Part shown: positions 36,627 to 46,055 of the stretch, piece after piece
How positions within the stretch are numbered: position 1 is the first letter of the stretch
Layout of the letters: the number at the start of each line of letters is the position of its first letter
NCBI GenBank assembly: GCA_017616445.1
Contig: JAFZYE010000004.1
Span: 28,841 to 92,840 of the forward strand
From: Bacteroidaceae bacterium
Lineage (GTDB): Bacteria > Bacteroidota > Bacteroidia > Bacteroidales > Bacteroidaceae
DNA length: 64,000 nucleotides
Direction: 5' to 3'
The notes under the pieces: generated by a model
Told to the model about the DNA's origin: nothing
What the model saw: the letters and a program-made list of their open reading frames with translations, nothing else
The model's database searches: none
Program-made: the position numbers and the translations under genes

Positions 36627-37940
36627 ATGAAGTTGGGTAGAAAACATACTTTTTACTGTTTTGTGCTGCTTTTGTTGACAGCATTGCCGTTGTTTGTATT
36701 TGCGCAGGAGAATAATAATAAGCGCCCGTCTCAATTTTTGAAAGAGGGTGATCCAGGATACGAACAGTTCGTTATGGCTGTCAATAACCTGAACAACGAT
36801 TCAAGTCTGTATTATGCCGAGTTGCTGCGTCAGGAGGCTGATGCTCAAGGTTCTCCTTTAGCTAAACTCTATTACTATAAGATTCTCGCTTCAATTTATC
36901 TGCAGCGTGACTTTAAAGATCAAGCTATTGATGCTGCCCGTCATCAAGCCGATATAGCGCAAAAGAACGGCTATCCGATACAGTTGTTTGATGCGTATGA
37001 TAAGATTGCTAATACATTGGTCCTTCAAAACAAGATAATGGAGGCACAAGATGCATTCTCTGTGTTTGAGACTAGTGTGTATGACGCAATCGAGAAGTCG
37101 GATGTGACGAAGGAACGTCAGATGAAACTTCAGAAAGACCGTTCTGAGAGTAGTCAGGTGGTGCTCACATTGTTCTTCTTGATGATTATGGGATTGCTTG
37201 TATCGATCATCTATACAGCGGTTTCGCACAACCGTAGCTTGCAGACTGTAAGTGACATGAAGACAATGTTCGTGCAGAACATGAGCCATGAAATCCGTAC
37301 ACCTTTGAATGCAATTGTGGGTTTCTCGCAGTTGCTCGCTTTGCCAGATGGAGTTATCACAGAGGAAGAAAAAAGCAAGTATGGTGAGTATATTATGACA
37401 AACTCCAATATGCTGACAATGCTTGTCGATGATATTCTTAATCTGTCAGATGTGGAGAGCGGAAACTATCGTGTTAACCTTGCAACTGCAAAATGTAATG
37501 CTCCTGTGGAGGCAGCCATGAAGACAGCAGAACTGCGAGTGCCGGGTGGGGTGAGGATGTACTTCACAACAGAGGTGGATGACGAGTTCTCAATCGTAAC
37601 CGACGTGCATCGTGTACAGCAGGTTTTGGTGAATTATATTACTAATGCTTGTAAGCACACGAAACAGGGCGAAATCCATATCCATTGTTCCGTCAAGGAA
37701 CGCCCGGGTTATATCACCTATTCCGTAACAGATACGGGCGAAGGAATTCCGGAGGAAAAGGCAGAAGAAATCTTCGAGCGATTTACGAAACTTGATGCAT
37801 TCGCTCAGGGAACCGGACTTGGACTGAGCATCTGCCGAATGATTGCTACCAAGCTGAATGGTGTTGTGAAGCTTGATACCTCCTACAAGAATGGTGCCCG
37901 TTTCATCTTCCAGATTCCTAATAACTCTGAAAGTAAATAG
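36627..37940 (+). CDS. sensor histidine kinase, paralog of the divergent neighbour (no receiver domain)
   Basis: H-box FVQNMSHEIRTPLNAI plus DTGEGIP and GTGLGLSICR. The C-terminus parallels its neighbour (LDTSYKNGARFIFQIP vs LDTTYTNGARFVFVHP). Confidence 0.85.
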   Translation: MKLGRKHTFYCFVLLLLTALPLFVFAQENNNKRPSQFLKEGDPGYEQFVMAVNNLNNDSSLYYAELLRQEADAQGSPLAKLYYYKILASIYLQRDFKDQAIDAARHQADIAQKNGYPIQLFDAYDKIANTLVLQNKIMEAQDAFSVFETSVYDAIEKSDVTKERQMKLQKDRSESSQVVLTLFFLMIMGLLVSIIYTAVSHNRSLQTVSDMKTMFVQNMSHEIRTPLNAIVGFSQLLALPDGVITEEEKSKYGEYIMTNSNMLTMLVDDILNLSDVESGNYRVNLATAKCNAPVEAAMKTAELRVPGGVRMYFTTEVDDEFSIVTDVHRVQQVLVNYITNACKHTKQGEIHIHCSVKERPGYITYSVTDTGEGIPEEKAEEIFERFTKLDAFAQGTGLGLSICRMIATKLNGVVKLDTSYKNGARFIFQIPNNSESK

Positions 37941-37954
37941 GTTGTCGGCCTTTT

Positions 37955-38635
37955 TCAGAGACTCTCCAAATATGATTTTACCACACAGAATGACTGGTCC
38001 GCCATTTCGGCCCAGAAATTCTTGTATTCCTCAATATGCAGGTCTGAGTCGATTGTGTCGCTGATGATGCGGAACGAAATAAATGGTATGCCGTAAATCT
38101 TGCATGTATGTGCAATGGCGCACGACTCCATGTCAACGGCCAAGGCCTCTGGGAATCGTTGCTTGATGGATTCAAGCTTTGCGCGTTCTGTCACGAATTG
38201 GTCACCAGTACATATCTGCCCTTGATGGATGACCGTAGTTGAGCTTTTGATGAGTTCTTTTACCTTATTTATTAAATAGGTGTCGCTTGGATATGGTTTC
38301 TCGATGTCGAGCCCTTCACCTGCTTCACCCACGAATATGTCGTGATAGACGGTTGAGGTGCTTGCGATGACTTCCATCACTTTCAGCTTTGATTCCAATC
38401 CGCCAGCGCAGCCGGAACTAATAAGATAGTCTGGTTGGAAATTGCGAATGAGTTCGCTTGCTCCAACTGCAGCGTTGACTTTTCCTATCCCACACTGATG
38501 CAGGATAAGCATCTTCGTACCTAACTCTCCTGTGATATACTTGAAACCATTGATGGTCTCTTCTTTTCTGTTGTGAAGCAATGCAGACAAACTTGCCATT
38601 TCTTTCTGCATTGCTACGATAACTGCTATTACCAT
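37955..38635 (-). CDS. mtnN: 5'-methylthioadenosine/S-adenosylhomocysteine nucleosidase
   Basis: IAVIVAMQKEM..., GIGKVNAA, SGCAGG, AVDMESCAIAH. Confidence 0.85.
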   Translation of the reverse strand: MVIAVIVAMQKEMASLSALLHNRKEETINGFKYITGELGTKMLILHQCGIGKVNAAVGASELIRNFQPDYLISSGCAGGLESKLKVMEVIASTSTVYHDIFVGEAGEGLDIEKPYPSDTYLINKVKELIKSSTTVIHQGQICTGDQFVTERAKLESIKQRFPEALAVDMESCAIAHTCKIYGIPFISFRIISDTIDSDLHIEEYKNFWAEMADQSFCVVKSYLESL

Positions 38636-39483
38636 AAACTTTTAAGCCAATCTGTTAAATCGTTAATCATACTGTCGTGATACTTGAAGTTGGAGCGATA
38701 GCCCCAACCGTGTCCTCCTGTTGGATAGACGTGTATGGCAGCTTTCACACCAGCCTTCTTCAATGCCAGATAATACTCTGCGCTGTTCTGAGGGATGACC
38801 GCCTTGTCATCATCCGAAAGGAGCATGATGGCAGGAGGAGTCTGAGCTGTCACCTGCTGGGCATTGCTATACTGCATATTCATCTCTGCTGTCGCATCAC
38901 GACCTAAAAGTCCGTCGTGCGACCCTTGGTGGGTCACGCCTGGTTGCATAGAGATGACTGGATAGAACAGAACCTGAAAGTTTGGTACTGTAGCAGCATC
39001 GGAATGGGTTGCTATTGTCGAAGCCAGATGTCCGCCAGCCGATGATCCCATGATGCCAACCTTCTTAGGGTCGATATTCCATTCTGCAGCATGTTCACGT
39101 ACCACCCTTAATGCTTCCTTCGCATCAGAGATAGGGACTTCCTTCACCTGATGAGGCATGCGGTATTTCAATACTATCAAAGCGATTCCCAGTTCGTTAT
39201 AGAAAGGTGCCCAGTCATATCCCTCATGATCCATTGCAAGATGGGTGTATCCACCACCTGGACAACACACGACAGCCATTCCGTTAGCTTTCGATTTCTC
39301 AGGAAGAAACACACGAATCGTTGGTTTGAAATTCTGGCGAGCGTCATCGAATGGAGTCTTGTCAATCCCATTGCTGTTAGGCAAACCATTTGGCCATAGA
39401 TCGATATTGATTGGTTGCTGTGCTGATGCCATTGCAAAGCAACAACAGGCAAAAAACGACATAATTATTGATTTCATGTACAT
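38629..39483 (-). CDS. secreted alpha/beta hydrolase (esterase)
   Basis: Signal peptide from the ATG at 39483, CCPGGGY, nucleophile elbow GSSAGGH, and a C-terminal GGHGW. Confidence 0.75.
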   Translation of the reverse strand: MYMKSIIMSFFACCCFAMASAQQPINIDLWPNGLPNSNGIDKTPFDDARQNFKPTIRVFLPEKSKANGMAVVCCPGGGYTHLAMDHEGYDWAPFYNELGIALIVLKYRMPHQVKEVPISDAKEALRVVREHAAEWNIDPKKVGIMGSSAGGHLASTIATHSDAATVPNFQVLFYPVISMQPGVTHQGSHDGLLGRDATAEMNMQYSNAQQVTAQTPPAIMLLSDDDKAVIPQNSAEYYLALKKAGVKAAIHVYPTGGHGWGYRSNFKYHDSMINDLTDWLKSLW

Positions 39484-39549
39484 TTTATTCGTAATTCTTT
39501 TGCAAAGTAACGCAAAACTTTTTAAATTTGCAAAAAGATTTGGAAAAAT

Positions 39550-40494
39550 ATGAAGCAAAAGTATCTAATTGGTGTTGACCTTGGCGGAACAAACACCGTT
39601 TTTGGAATCGTAGACTCTGAAGGTAACATTATATGTGAGGATTCCATCAAGACTCAAAGCTTTCCTCGTATCGAGGACTTCGTTGAGGCCTGTGCTCAAA
39701 GTGTAGAGCCGCTCATCGAGCGAGTGGGGGGGAAGGAATTGATTGGCGGCATGGGAATTGGTGCGCCTAATGCAAACTATTATACGGGTTCTATCGCTGA
39801 AGCTCCCAACCTTCCTTGGAAGGGAGAAGTTCCGCTTGCCAAGCTGTTGTCTGAACGTCTTCATCTCAATGTCGTGATGACGAATGATGCTAATGCAGCA
39901 GCAATGGGTGAGATGATATACGGAGCGGCACGAGGAATGCGCCACTTTATTGTTATCACACTGGGTACAGGAGTTGGAAGCGGTATCGTGATTGATGGTA
40001 AGTTGGTGTATGGTAGCGATGGTTTCGCAGGTGAGTTGGGCCACTTGATTATCGATCGTAGTGCTGATGCACGTCTCTGTGGATGTGGACGCCGAGGATG
40101 CCTTGAGACCTATTGTAGTGCACGAGGCATTGTGCGTACAGCTCAGGAACAGATGGAAGCGGGATGTCCAACCCTGTTGAGTGGTGTCAACGAGTTGTCT
40201 GCTCTCGAAATCTATAAGGCAGCCAAGCAGGGCGATGCTGTTGCTATCGAGACTTTCCGCAGAACGGGTGAACTCTTAGGAGCCGCATGTGCCGACATCA
40301 CTACATTCTGCAGCCCAGAAGCTTACATCTTCTTTGGCGGCCCTATGCGTTCTCACGAGTTCATCATGCCGCATATCATCAAGACATACAACGCCCAAGT
40401 GATGCCTATCTATCGCAATCGTTGCAAGTTCCTGTTGTCTGAGCTGATGGACAAGAATGCAGCAGTTCTTGGAGCTGCTGCTTTGATGGCCTGA
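39550..40494 (+). CDS. ROK family sugar kinase (glucokinase-like)
   Basis: GVDLGGTNT, the ROK signature, and the CGCGRRGCLE zinc motif. Confidence 0.85.
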   Translation: MKQKYLIGVDLGGTNTVFGIVDSEGNIICEDSIKTQSFPRIEDFVEACAQSVEPLIERVGGKELIGGMGIGAPNANYYTGSIAEAPNLPWKGEVPLAKLLSERLHLNVVMTNDANAAAMGEMIYGAARGMRHFIVITLGTGVGSGIVIDGKLVYGSDGFAGELGHLIIDRSADARLCGCGRRGCLETYCSARGIVRTAQEQMEAGCPTLLSGVNELSALEIYKAAKQGDAVAIETFRRTGELLGAACADITTFCSPEAYIFFGGPMRSHEFIMPHIIKTYNAQVMPIYRNRCKFLLSELMDKNAAVLGAAALMA

Positions 40495-40500
40495 GGGATA

Positions 40501-40536
40501 ATTAGACTTTAGACATTAGACATTAGACTTTAGCTA
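40501..40536. repeat. heptad word array (TTAGACT/TTAGACA)
   Basis: attagactttagacattagacattagactttagc lies between the convergent ROK and recA genes. Confidence 0.8.
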
Positions 40537-40546
40537 AGGATTTTAG

Positions 40547-40600
40547 CAAACCCACTTTCCATTTTCCCTTCGGGGGAGTGGTAAGTGGGTTTGTGCTTTT
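40547..40600. terminator. long hairpin between the convergent ROK and recA genes
   Basis: CAAACCCACTT...AAGTGGGTTTG (11 bp) followed by TGCTTTTGTG. Confidence 0.6.
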
Positions 40601-40605
40601 GTGTC

Positions 40606-41622
40606 TTAGTCGAATACTGGAGCATCTGCGCTTGCGAGCTTTTCCATGATTTTTGCTTCTATTTCCTCTGCCAATTCAGGATTGTCCTCAAACACCTGTT
40701 TGGCTGCTTCGCGTCCCTGTGCCAGTTTGCTGTCACCATAGCTGAACCAGCTACCGCTCTTCTTGAGGATTTCGAGCGATGTGCCGAGATCAACCAATTC
40801 ACCGCTACGTGAGATACCTGTTCCGAACATGATGTCGAATTCGCACTTACGGAAAGGTGGGGCAACTTTGTTTTTCACAATCTTCACCTTTACAGTATTG
40901 CCGAGTACTTGGTCACCGTTCTTGATGTTTTCCTTCTTGCGGATATCAATACGTACCGAAGAGTAGAATTTCAAAGCATTACCACCAGTAGTGGTTTCAG
41001 GATTTCCGAACATGACACCGATCTTTTCACGTAACTGGTTGATAAAGATACAGGTGGTCTTTGTTTTGCTGATGGTTGCAGTCAGCTTGCGCAATGCCTG
41101 GCTCATGAGTCGAGCCTGCAGGCCCACCTTGTTGTCGCCCATGTCGCCTTCGATTTCTGCTTTTGGAGTGAGGGCTGCCACAGAGTCTATGACGATAATG
41201 TCAACAGCAGCCGAGCTGATGAGTTGGTCGGCAATCTCAAGTGCCTGTTCTCCGTTGTCAGGCTGAGAGACGAGGAGGTCGCTGGTGTTCACTCCCAGTT
41301 TGGAAGCGTAGAAGCGGTCGAATGCATGTTCTGCATCTATAAAGGCAGCCACACCGTCTTGCTTCTGGCATTCTGCGATAGCGTGGAGTGCCAAAGTGGT
41401 CTTACCAGACGATTCCGGACCAAAAATCTCTATGATACGTCCTTTTGGATAGCCTCCAACGCCTAAGGCTGCGTTCAGGCTGATGGAACCAGTAGGTATG
41501 CAGTCGATTTTTTCTATGTTTTCTTCACCCAGGCGCATGATGGAACCATGCCCGTAGCTTTTCTCTATTTTGGCCAATGCGGCTTGCAAGGCTTTTAGTT
41601 TTTCGTCAGTAGTTTTTGCCAT
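40606..41622 (-). CDS. recA: recombinase RecA
   Basis: [47 protein letters not shown]. Confidence 0.97.
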   Translation of the reverse strand: MAKTTDEKLKALQAALAKIEKSYGHGSIMRLGEENIEKIDCIPTGSISLNAALGVGGYPKGRIIEIFGPESSGKTTLALHAIAECQKQDGVAAFIDAEHAFDRFYASKLGVNTSDLLVSQPDNGEQALEIADQLISSAAVDIIVIDSVAALTPKAEIEGDMGDNKVGLQARLMSQALRKLTATISKTKTTCIFINQLREKIGVMFGNPETTTGGNALKFYSSVRIDIRKKENIKNGDQVLGNTVKVKIVKNKVAPPFRKCEFDIMFGTGISRSGELVDLGTSLEILKKSGSWFSYGDSKLAQGREAAKQVFEDNPELAEEIEAKIMEKLASADAPVFD

Positions 41623-41871
41623 AATCTTATTTACTATTTATTCTTTAAGAAGTTATCGTTTCACTCGGAGTTAGAGAAGTTATCGGCTCTTGGCCTCGGA
41701 GTTCGGAGTTATCACTACGTTCGACGATTCTTTGCTGTTGTTAACACCCTTTGGTTCCGTCGGAGCGAAGAGCGTAGCTCAAGCGGTAACTTCGGAGCGC
41801 AGCGGTAACTTCGTTAACTTCTTTTACTTCCTTATTGTCTTATTCTTTATTTGGTTATTTCTATATTTCTG

Positions 41872-41879
41872 CAAAGATA
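41872..41879 (-). promoter_or_regulatory. -7 box (TATCTTTG) for recA, implying a ~245-nt leader
   Basis: This is the only TAnnTTTG I see in the 350-bp region upstream of recA. Confidence 0.45.
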
Positions 41880-41972
41880 GCAAAAAATCGGTTAAGTGAA
41901 TACAATAAGAATGTATTTTTATTGTTGAGCGGTAGAATTTTATCCAAATAATTATGAATTATGCATTATGAA

Positions 41973-43553
41973 TCATGCATTATCAGCAAATATTTTTGCT
42001 AAATTCTCTGCACATCGTTCTCCGTCGATACCTGCCGATACAATTCCTCCTGCATAACCAGCTCCTTCGCCACAAGGGAAGAGCCCTTCGATGCGAATAT
42101 GTTGCAGCGTTTCAGGATTGCGGACGATACGAACAGGCGAGGATGTGCGTGTCTCTACGCCAATGATGACAGCTTCGTTGGTGAGGAACCCATGACTCTG
42201 TTTGCCAAACTGTCGGAATCCTTGTTGGAGACGGCCAGAGATGAACTTTGGCATCCAGAAGTGGAGTGGGGAAGTGATGAGGCCTGGTTGATACGACGAC
42301 TTGGGTAGTGAGCCAGACAGTCGATTGTTCACAAAGTCTGCCATTCGTTGTGCAGGTGCAGTCTGGCGACGGTTTCCTTGTATCCAGCATTGCTTTTCCA
42401 ACTGCTCTTGAAACTCCATCATTGCCAATGGAGATTCATCTGCTGCGATGTCCTCCAGATGCAGTTCTACCACCATTCCGCTATTGCTCCAAGGGCTGTT
42501 TCGCAGGCTTGGCGACATGCCGTTCACTACAATCTGCTCAGGACCGCTGGCTGCAGGAACTACTGTGCCTCCAGGACACATGCAGAACGAATAGACACCT
42601 CGTCCCTCAACCTGGGTCACAAACGCATATTCAGCTGTTGGCAGATAGGCCCCTTTGCCTTCGCGATTGTGGTATTGAATCTGGTCGATGAGATGTGCGG
42701 GGTGTTCAAGCCTGACTCCTACTGCGAGGTTCTTTGCTTCAATCTCCACGTTGTTCTGATAGAGCCATCGATAGACATCTCGGGCTGAATGCCCTGTAGC
42801 GAGTATCACAGGACCATTAAACTGCAGTTGCTTTTCCGCCCCTTCGTGGTTGTCGATAGCATTGACCCCACATACCTTATTATTATTAATAAGGAGGTCG
42901 GTCACCTTACATTGGAAATGTACCTCGCCACCACAGCGGATGATGGTCGAACGCATGTTCTCGATGACCTTTGGCAACTTATCCGTTCCGATATGCGGAT
43001 GGGCATCAGCCAGAATATTGGTCGAAGCCCCATGCTGACAGAATATCTGCAGGATGCGGTCAACATTCCCACGCTTCTTGCTGCGCGTGTAGAGCTTTCC
43101 GTCCGAGAAAGCTCCTGCACCCCCTTCACCAAAGGAGAAGTTCGATTCTGGATTCACCTGATGTTCGCGTGAAATCTTGGCGATGTCTTTTCTGCGTTCA
43201 TGAACGTCCTTGCCTCGTTCCAGCACGATAGGACGAATGCCCAGCTCAATCAGTCGAAGTGCGGCGAACAGTCCTCCTGGACCTGCACCCACCACGATGG
43301 CAGCACGTCGATTGCTCACGTCCTGATAGTCGATGGGAGTGAACAGCTCGTCCGTCGGCTCCTCGTCGATGTACACCCTCAGCGTGAGGTTGACATATAT
43401 GGTGCGCTGTCTGGCATCTATGCTCCGTTTGAGGATGCGAATATGGTTGATGTGCTGAGCCGCAAGCCCCTTGTCCGCAACAAGAAACTGCTTGATGCTC
43501 TGTTCGTTAGCTGCCTGTTCGGGCAGAATCCTTATTTGATATTCCTGAATCAT
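41973..43553 (-). CDS. FAD-dependent protein (COG2509-type NAD(P)/FAD oxidoreductase)
   Basis: 526 aa with dinucleotide fold IVVGAGPGGLFAAL and C-terminal EGAGYAGGI. Confidence 0.8.
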   Translation of the reverse strand: MIQEYQIRILPEQAANEQSIKQFLVADKGLAAQHINHIRILKRSIDARQRTIYVNLTLRVYIDEEPTDELFTPIDYQDVSNRRAAIVVGAGPGGLFAALRLIELGIRPIVLERGKDVHERRKDIAKISREHQVNPESNFSFGEGGAGAFSDGKLYTRSKKRGNVDRILQIFCQHGASTNILADAHPHIGTDKLPKVIENMRSTIIRCGGEVHFQCKVTDLLINNNKVCGVNAIDNHEGAEKQLQFNGPVILATGHSARDVYRWLYQNNVEIEAKNLAVGVRLEHPAHLIDQIQYHNREGKGAYLPTAEYAFVTQVEGRGVYSFCMCPGGTVVPAASGPEQIVVNGMSPSLRNSPWSNSGMVVELHLEDIAADESPLAMMEFQEQLEKQCWIQGNRRQTAPAQRMADFVNNRLSGSLPKSSYQPGLITSPLHFWMPKFISGRLQQGFRQFGKQSHGFLTNEAVIIGVETRTSSPVRIVRNPETLQHIRIEGLFPCGEGAGYAGGIVSAGIDGERCAENLAKIFADNA

Positions 43554-43621
43554 AGTTTGTGTGCACCATCTATACAGATATAAGAATGGGTGACGAAAGA
43601 AAAAGTTTTAAGGAGAATAGA

Positions 43622-44017
43622 CTATATCCAATCTACGCATTGAATACCAGATATCTTTTCAAAATGCTTGGTATTTTGTGTAACAACCGTCAGACCATGA
43701 TGACGTGCTGTGACAGCAATCATAATGTCAAAGTCTCCTACAATCAAACCTTGGCTGGCAAGACTTTGGCGGATCTCTGCATAATCACGAGTCCAATCAC
43801 CTAGAGGAAGTATAGTGAAAGTCTCTTCTATTTCCTTGGGCTCTTGCAAATGCCGTTCTACAGCCTTGCTGTGGAGGGTTCCGTATGTAAGTTCTGCTAT
43901 ACTAACCTCAGAGGCAAAAATTTGATTGGCAGGTGTTGCTGCAATATGTGTTTCCACTCCACCACGATGACGGAAGTATTCAATCCATGTATCGGTGTCA
44001 AGAATAAATCCTTTCAT
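43622..44017 (-). CDS. vapC: PIN-domain toxin (VapC-like)
   Basis: 131 aa: MKGFILDTDTWIEY... with acidic PIN residues (D7/D9, E, D). Confidence 0.8.
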   Translation of the reverse strand: MKGFILDTDTWIEYFRHRGGVETHIAATPANQIFASEVSIAELTYGTLHSKAVERHLQEPKEIEETFTILPLGDWTRDYAEIRQSLASQGLIVGDFDIMIAVTARHHGLTVVTQNTKHFEKISGIQCVDWI

Positions 44018-44023
44018 ATCGAA

Positions 44024-44281
44024 CTATTCGTCAAAGTTTATGTCTCGGTTAGCTGGACGGTCATCGTTACGATGCTTCATCATTTGATAATACTCTTCGC
44101 CCTCGGCATCAGACCAACTACCAGCCAAACGGAGGAAACGAGCTTTGCGTTCTTCCGCAGTAATATCTGGAGTGGTTTCTTTGGGCATTATTAGTTTGCC
44201 TGCCAGCCACTCACGATCGCTCTGTGAGAGAGAAAGCCCCTGCAGATAAGTCCAAAGATTATTCAATGCAAATGTAGTCAT
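44024..44281 (-). CDS. putative cognate antitoxin (unrecognised fold)
   Basis: 85 aa from the ATG at 44281 (MTTFALNNLW...). It ends 6 nt upstream of vapC and has an acidic C-terminus. A -7 box lies at 44309-44316. Confidence 0.5.
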   Translation of the reverse strand: MTTFALNNLWTYLQGLSLSQSDREWLAGKLIMPKETTPDITAEERKARFLRLAGSWSDAEGEEYYQMMKHRNDDRPANRDINFDE

Positions 44282-44308
44282 AAGCCAATAACGATTTGTT
44301 TTCGACAG

Positions 44309-44316
44309 CAAATATA
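44309..44316 (-). promoter_or_regulatory. -7 box (TATATTTG) for the antitoxin-vapC pair
   Basis: Exact match 28 nt upstream of the ATG at 44281. Confidence 0.5.
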
Positions 44317-44587
44317 CAATGTTTCTGCGAATCTACAAAACATTTTTTCATCTTTCTTTGTTTTTCCCTTTTATTTTCTTGGATGATATTTATTATTGTT
44401 GTACATTTGCAAGTGGAAAGATAAAATATACCTTCTGAGCATCGACAAAAATTTTTAGGATATGAAAACAAACCTATAACAATACGTTGACATTGTTTTT
44501 GTTATAATTAACGAACTCTAAATACAGCTATCTACTGGTAAGCCCAAAAATATCGAAAAAATATTTGGAAGATAACATTATTTTTCG

Positions 44588-44595
44588 TAACTTTG
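44588..44595 (+). promoter_or_regulatory. orphan -7 box (TAACTTTG) reading into the 11-bp word-repeat tract
   Basis: Exact match. No ORF follows for about 400 nt. Confidence 0.4.
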
Positions 44596-44660
44596 CACCA
44601 ACGAAAAACACAGGAGTTTCACTTATCTTTTCTATGTGAAATTCTGAAAGACCAAGGAAA

Positions 44661-44862
44661 CTCAACGCTATACCAACTCTATACCAACTCTATGTCAACT
44701 CTATGTCAACCCTATGATTACTCATGGTTAACTCATGGTTAACTCCAATACATCTCCAATACATCTCAACTCCTAACTTCTAACTCCTAACTCCTAACTG
44801 TGTTTCAACTCACAACTTTGTCAACTGACTATCAACTTTCAACCATAAACTTTAAACTTTCT
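44661..44862 (+). repeat. ~200-bp composite tract of 11-bp and 7-bp word repeats
   Basis: (ctataccaact)x2 (ctatgtcaac[tc])x2 ctatgattact (catggttaact)x2 (ccaatacatct)x2 (taactcc/taacttc)x4, then caact-containing words. It lies downstream of a TAACTTTG box. Confidence 0.85.
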
Positions 44863-44968
44863 TTTCAAAATATTTAGCTTTAGCTGAATTTTGACGCGAC
44901 TCAGCAAAGAAAATGAACTTTTCTCTGCATTCGCTGCTCCAAAATTTGGAAGGTATTTAATATTGTTG

Positions 44969-44976
44969 TATATTTG
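44969..44976 (+). promoter_or_regulatory. -7 box (TATATTTG) for the MNT/HEPN pair
   Basis: Exact match 29 nt upstream of the ATG. Confidence 0.5.
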
Positions 44977-45004
44977 CAGGTGAAAAAGAATTGAATACAA
45001 GTAA

Positions 45005-45328
45005 ATGGAACGTCAGCAAGTCATAGAGAATATAAAGAAGGTAGCTCGACAGGTACTTCCAAAGGGTAGTACCCTCTATCTTTATGGATCACGTGCTCGT
45101 GGTGATTATCATGAGGACTCCGACTGGGATTTGCTTGTACTGCTTGATAAACCTCAGAAGGAACATGATGATTGGGACAAATATGCATGGCCATTCAATG
45201 AGATGGGGTGGGGTATAAACGCAGACATCAGCGCTCGTACATTTACCAAGGATATGTGGTTTAATGGTCCGCATACCATGTTTTTTTATAATGTAGAAGA
45301 GGACAAACAAATACTATATGAGTCTTAA
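45005..45328 (+). CDS. nucleotidyltransferase (MNT) domain protein, HEPN/MNT module antitoxin
   Basis: GS-x10-DxD: LYLYGSRARGDYHEDSDWDLLVL. It overlaps the HEPN gene by 11 nt. Confidence 0.8.
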   Translation: MERQQVIENIKKVARQVLPKGSTLYLYGSRARGDYHEDSDWDLLVLLDKPQKEHDDWDKYAWPFNEMGWGINADISARTFTKDMWFNGPHTMFFYNVEEDKQILYES

Positions 45329-45722
45329 AGAAGAAGATAGAAAGGTTCTTGTGACACTCGAATTAGAAAGAGTTACAAAGACTTTGGTTGAAATGGAAGT
45401 CCAAAGACAGAATGGATTATGGGGAATGGTTGCAAACCGCTTATACTATTCCTTGTTCCATGCAGTTAGTGCACTATTAATCTGCGACCATCACGAAGTA
45501 GGCACCCATAGGGGAGCCGTTAATAAGTTTAGCCTTTTTTATGTAAAAGAAGGCATTTTCACCGTAGCTGAGGGGAAGTTGTATTCACAATTGCAACGTT
45601 TGCGTGAAGACGGTGATTATAATTGTTCTATTGATGTTGACCAAATGGATGTTGAGGACAAAATAGAGCCCACTCGCCAACTCATAGATGAAATCAAGCA
45701 ATACATTGCAGAAAAGCAATAA
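45318..45722 (+). CDS. HEPN domain protein
   Basis: 134 aa, all-helical, NRLYYSLFHAVSALL...RLREDGDY. It is paired with the MNT gene. Confidence 0.75.
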   Translation: MSLKEEDRKVLVTLELERVTKTLVEMEVQRQNGLWGMVANRLYYSLFHAVSALLICDHHEVGTHRGAVNKFSLFYVKEGIFTVAEGKLYSQLQRLREDGDYNCSIDVDQMDVEDKIEPTRQLIDEIKQYIAEKQ

Positions 45723-46055
45723 TCTCAATACTGCTGAGCATAGCTAAACTAAACAAATTATTATAAATTATACATTGTAAATTTTAAATTATTATCGCCT
45801 ATGGGCTAAGATAGATACGATGCAATAGCATCAAGGACATATAGGATGAACATCCACTTTGATTCTTGTTGTTCCAAAATCGGCAAATTAGAGAACAATG
45901 TACGAGGACTGAAGTAGATAGTTCACGCCGTTTGGCGTGGGCATTACTCGTTTAAGTACATTAGGTGTTTGCCGATACCTTGAACAACGTAGACGAAGTA
46001 ATTTGTCCACGTTTTTTATTGTGCCTATTCATTAACAATTAAAACAATAAACATT

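Noticed and set aside
44661-44862. CRISPR array or satellite-type mobile element.
   Set aside because: The repeat period is only 7-11 bp, there are no unique spacers, and there are no cas genes. This is a word-repeat tract, not a CRISPR.
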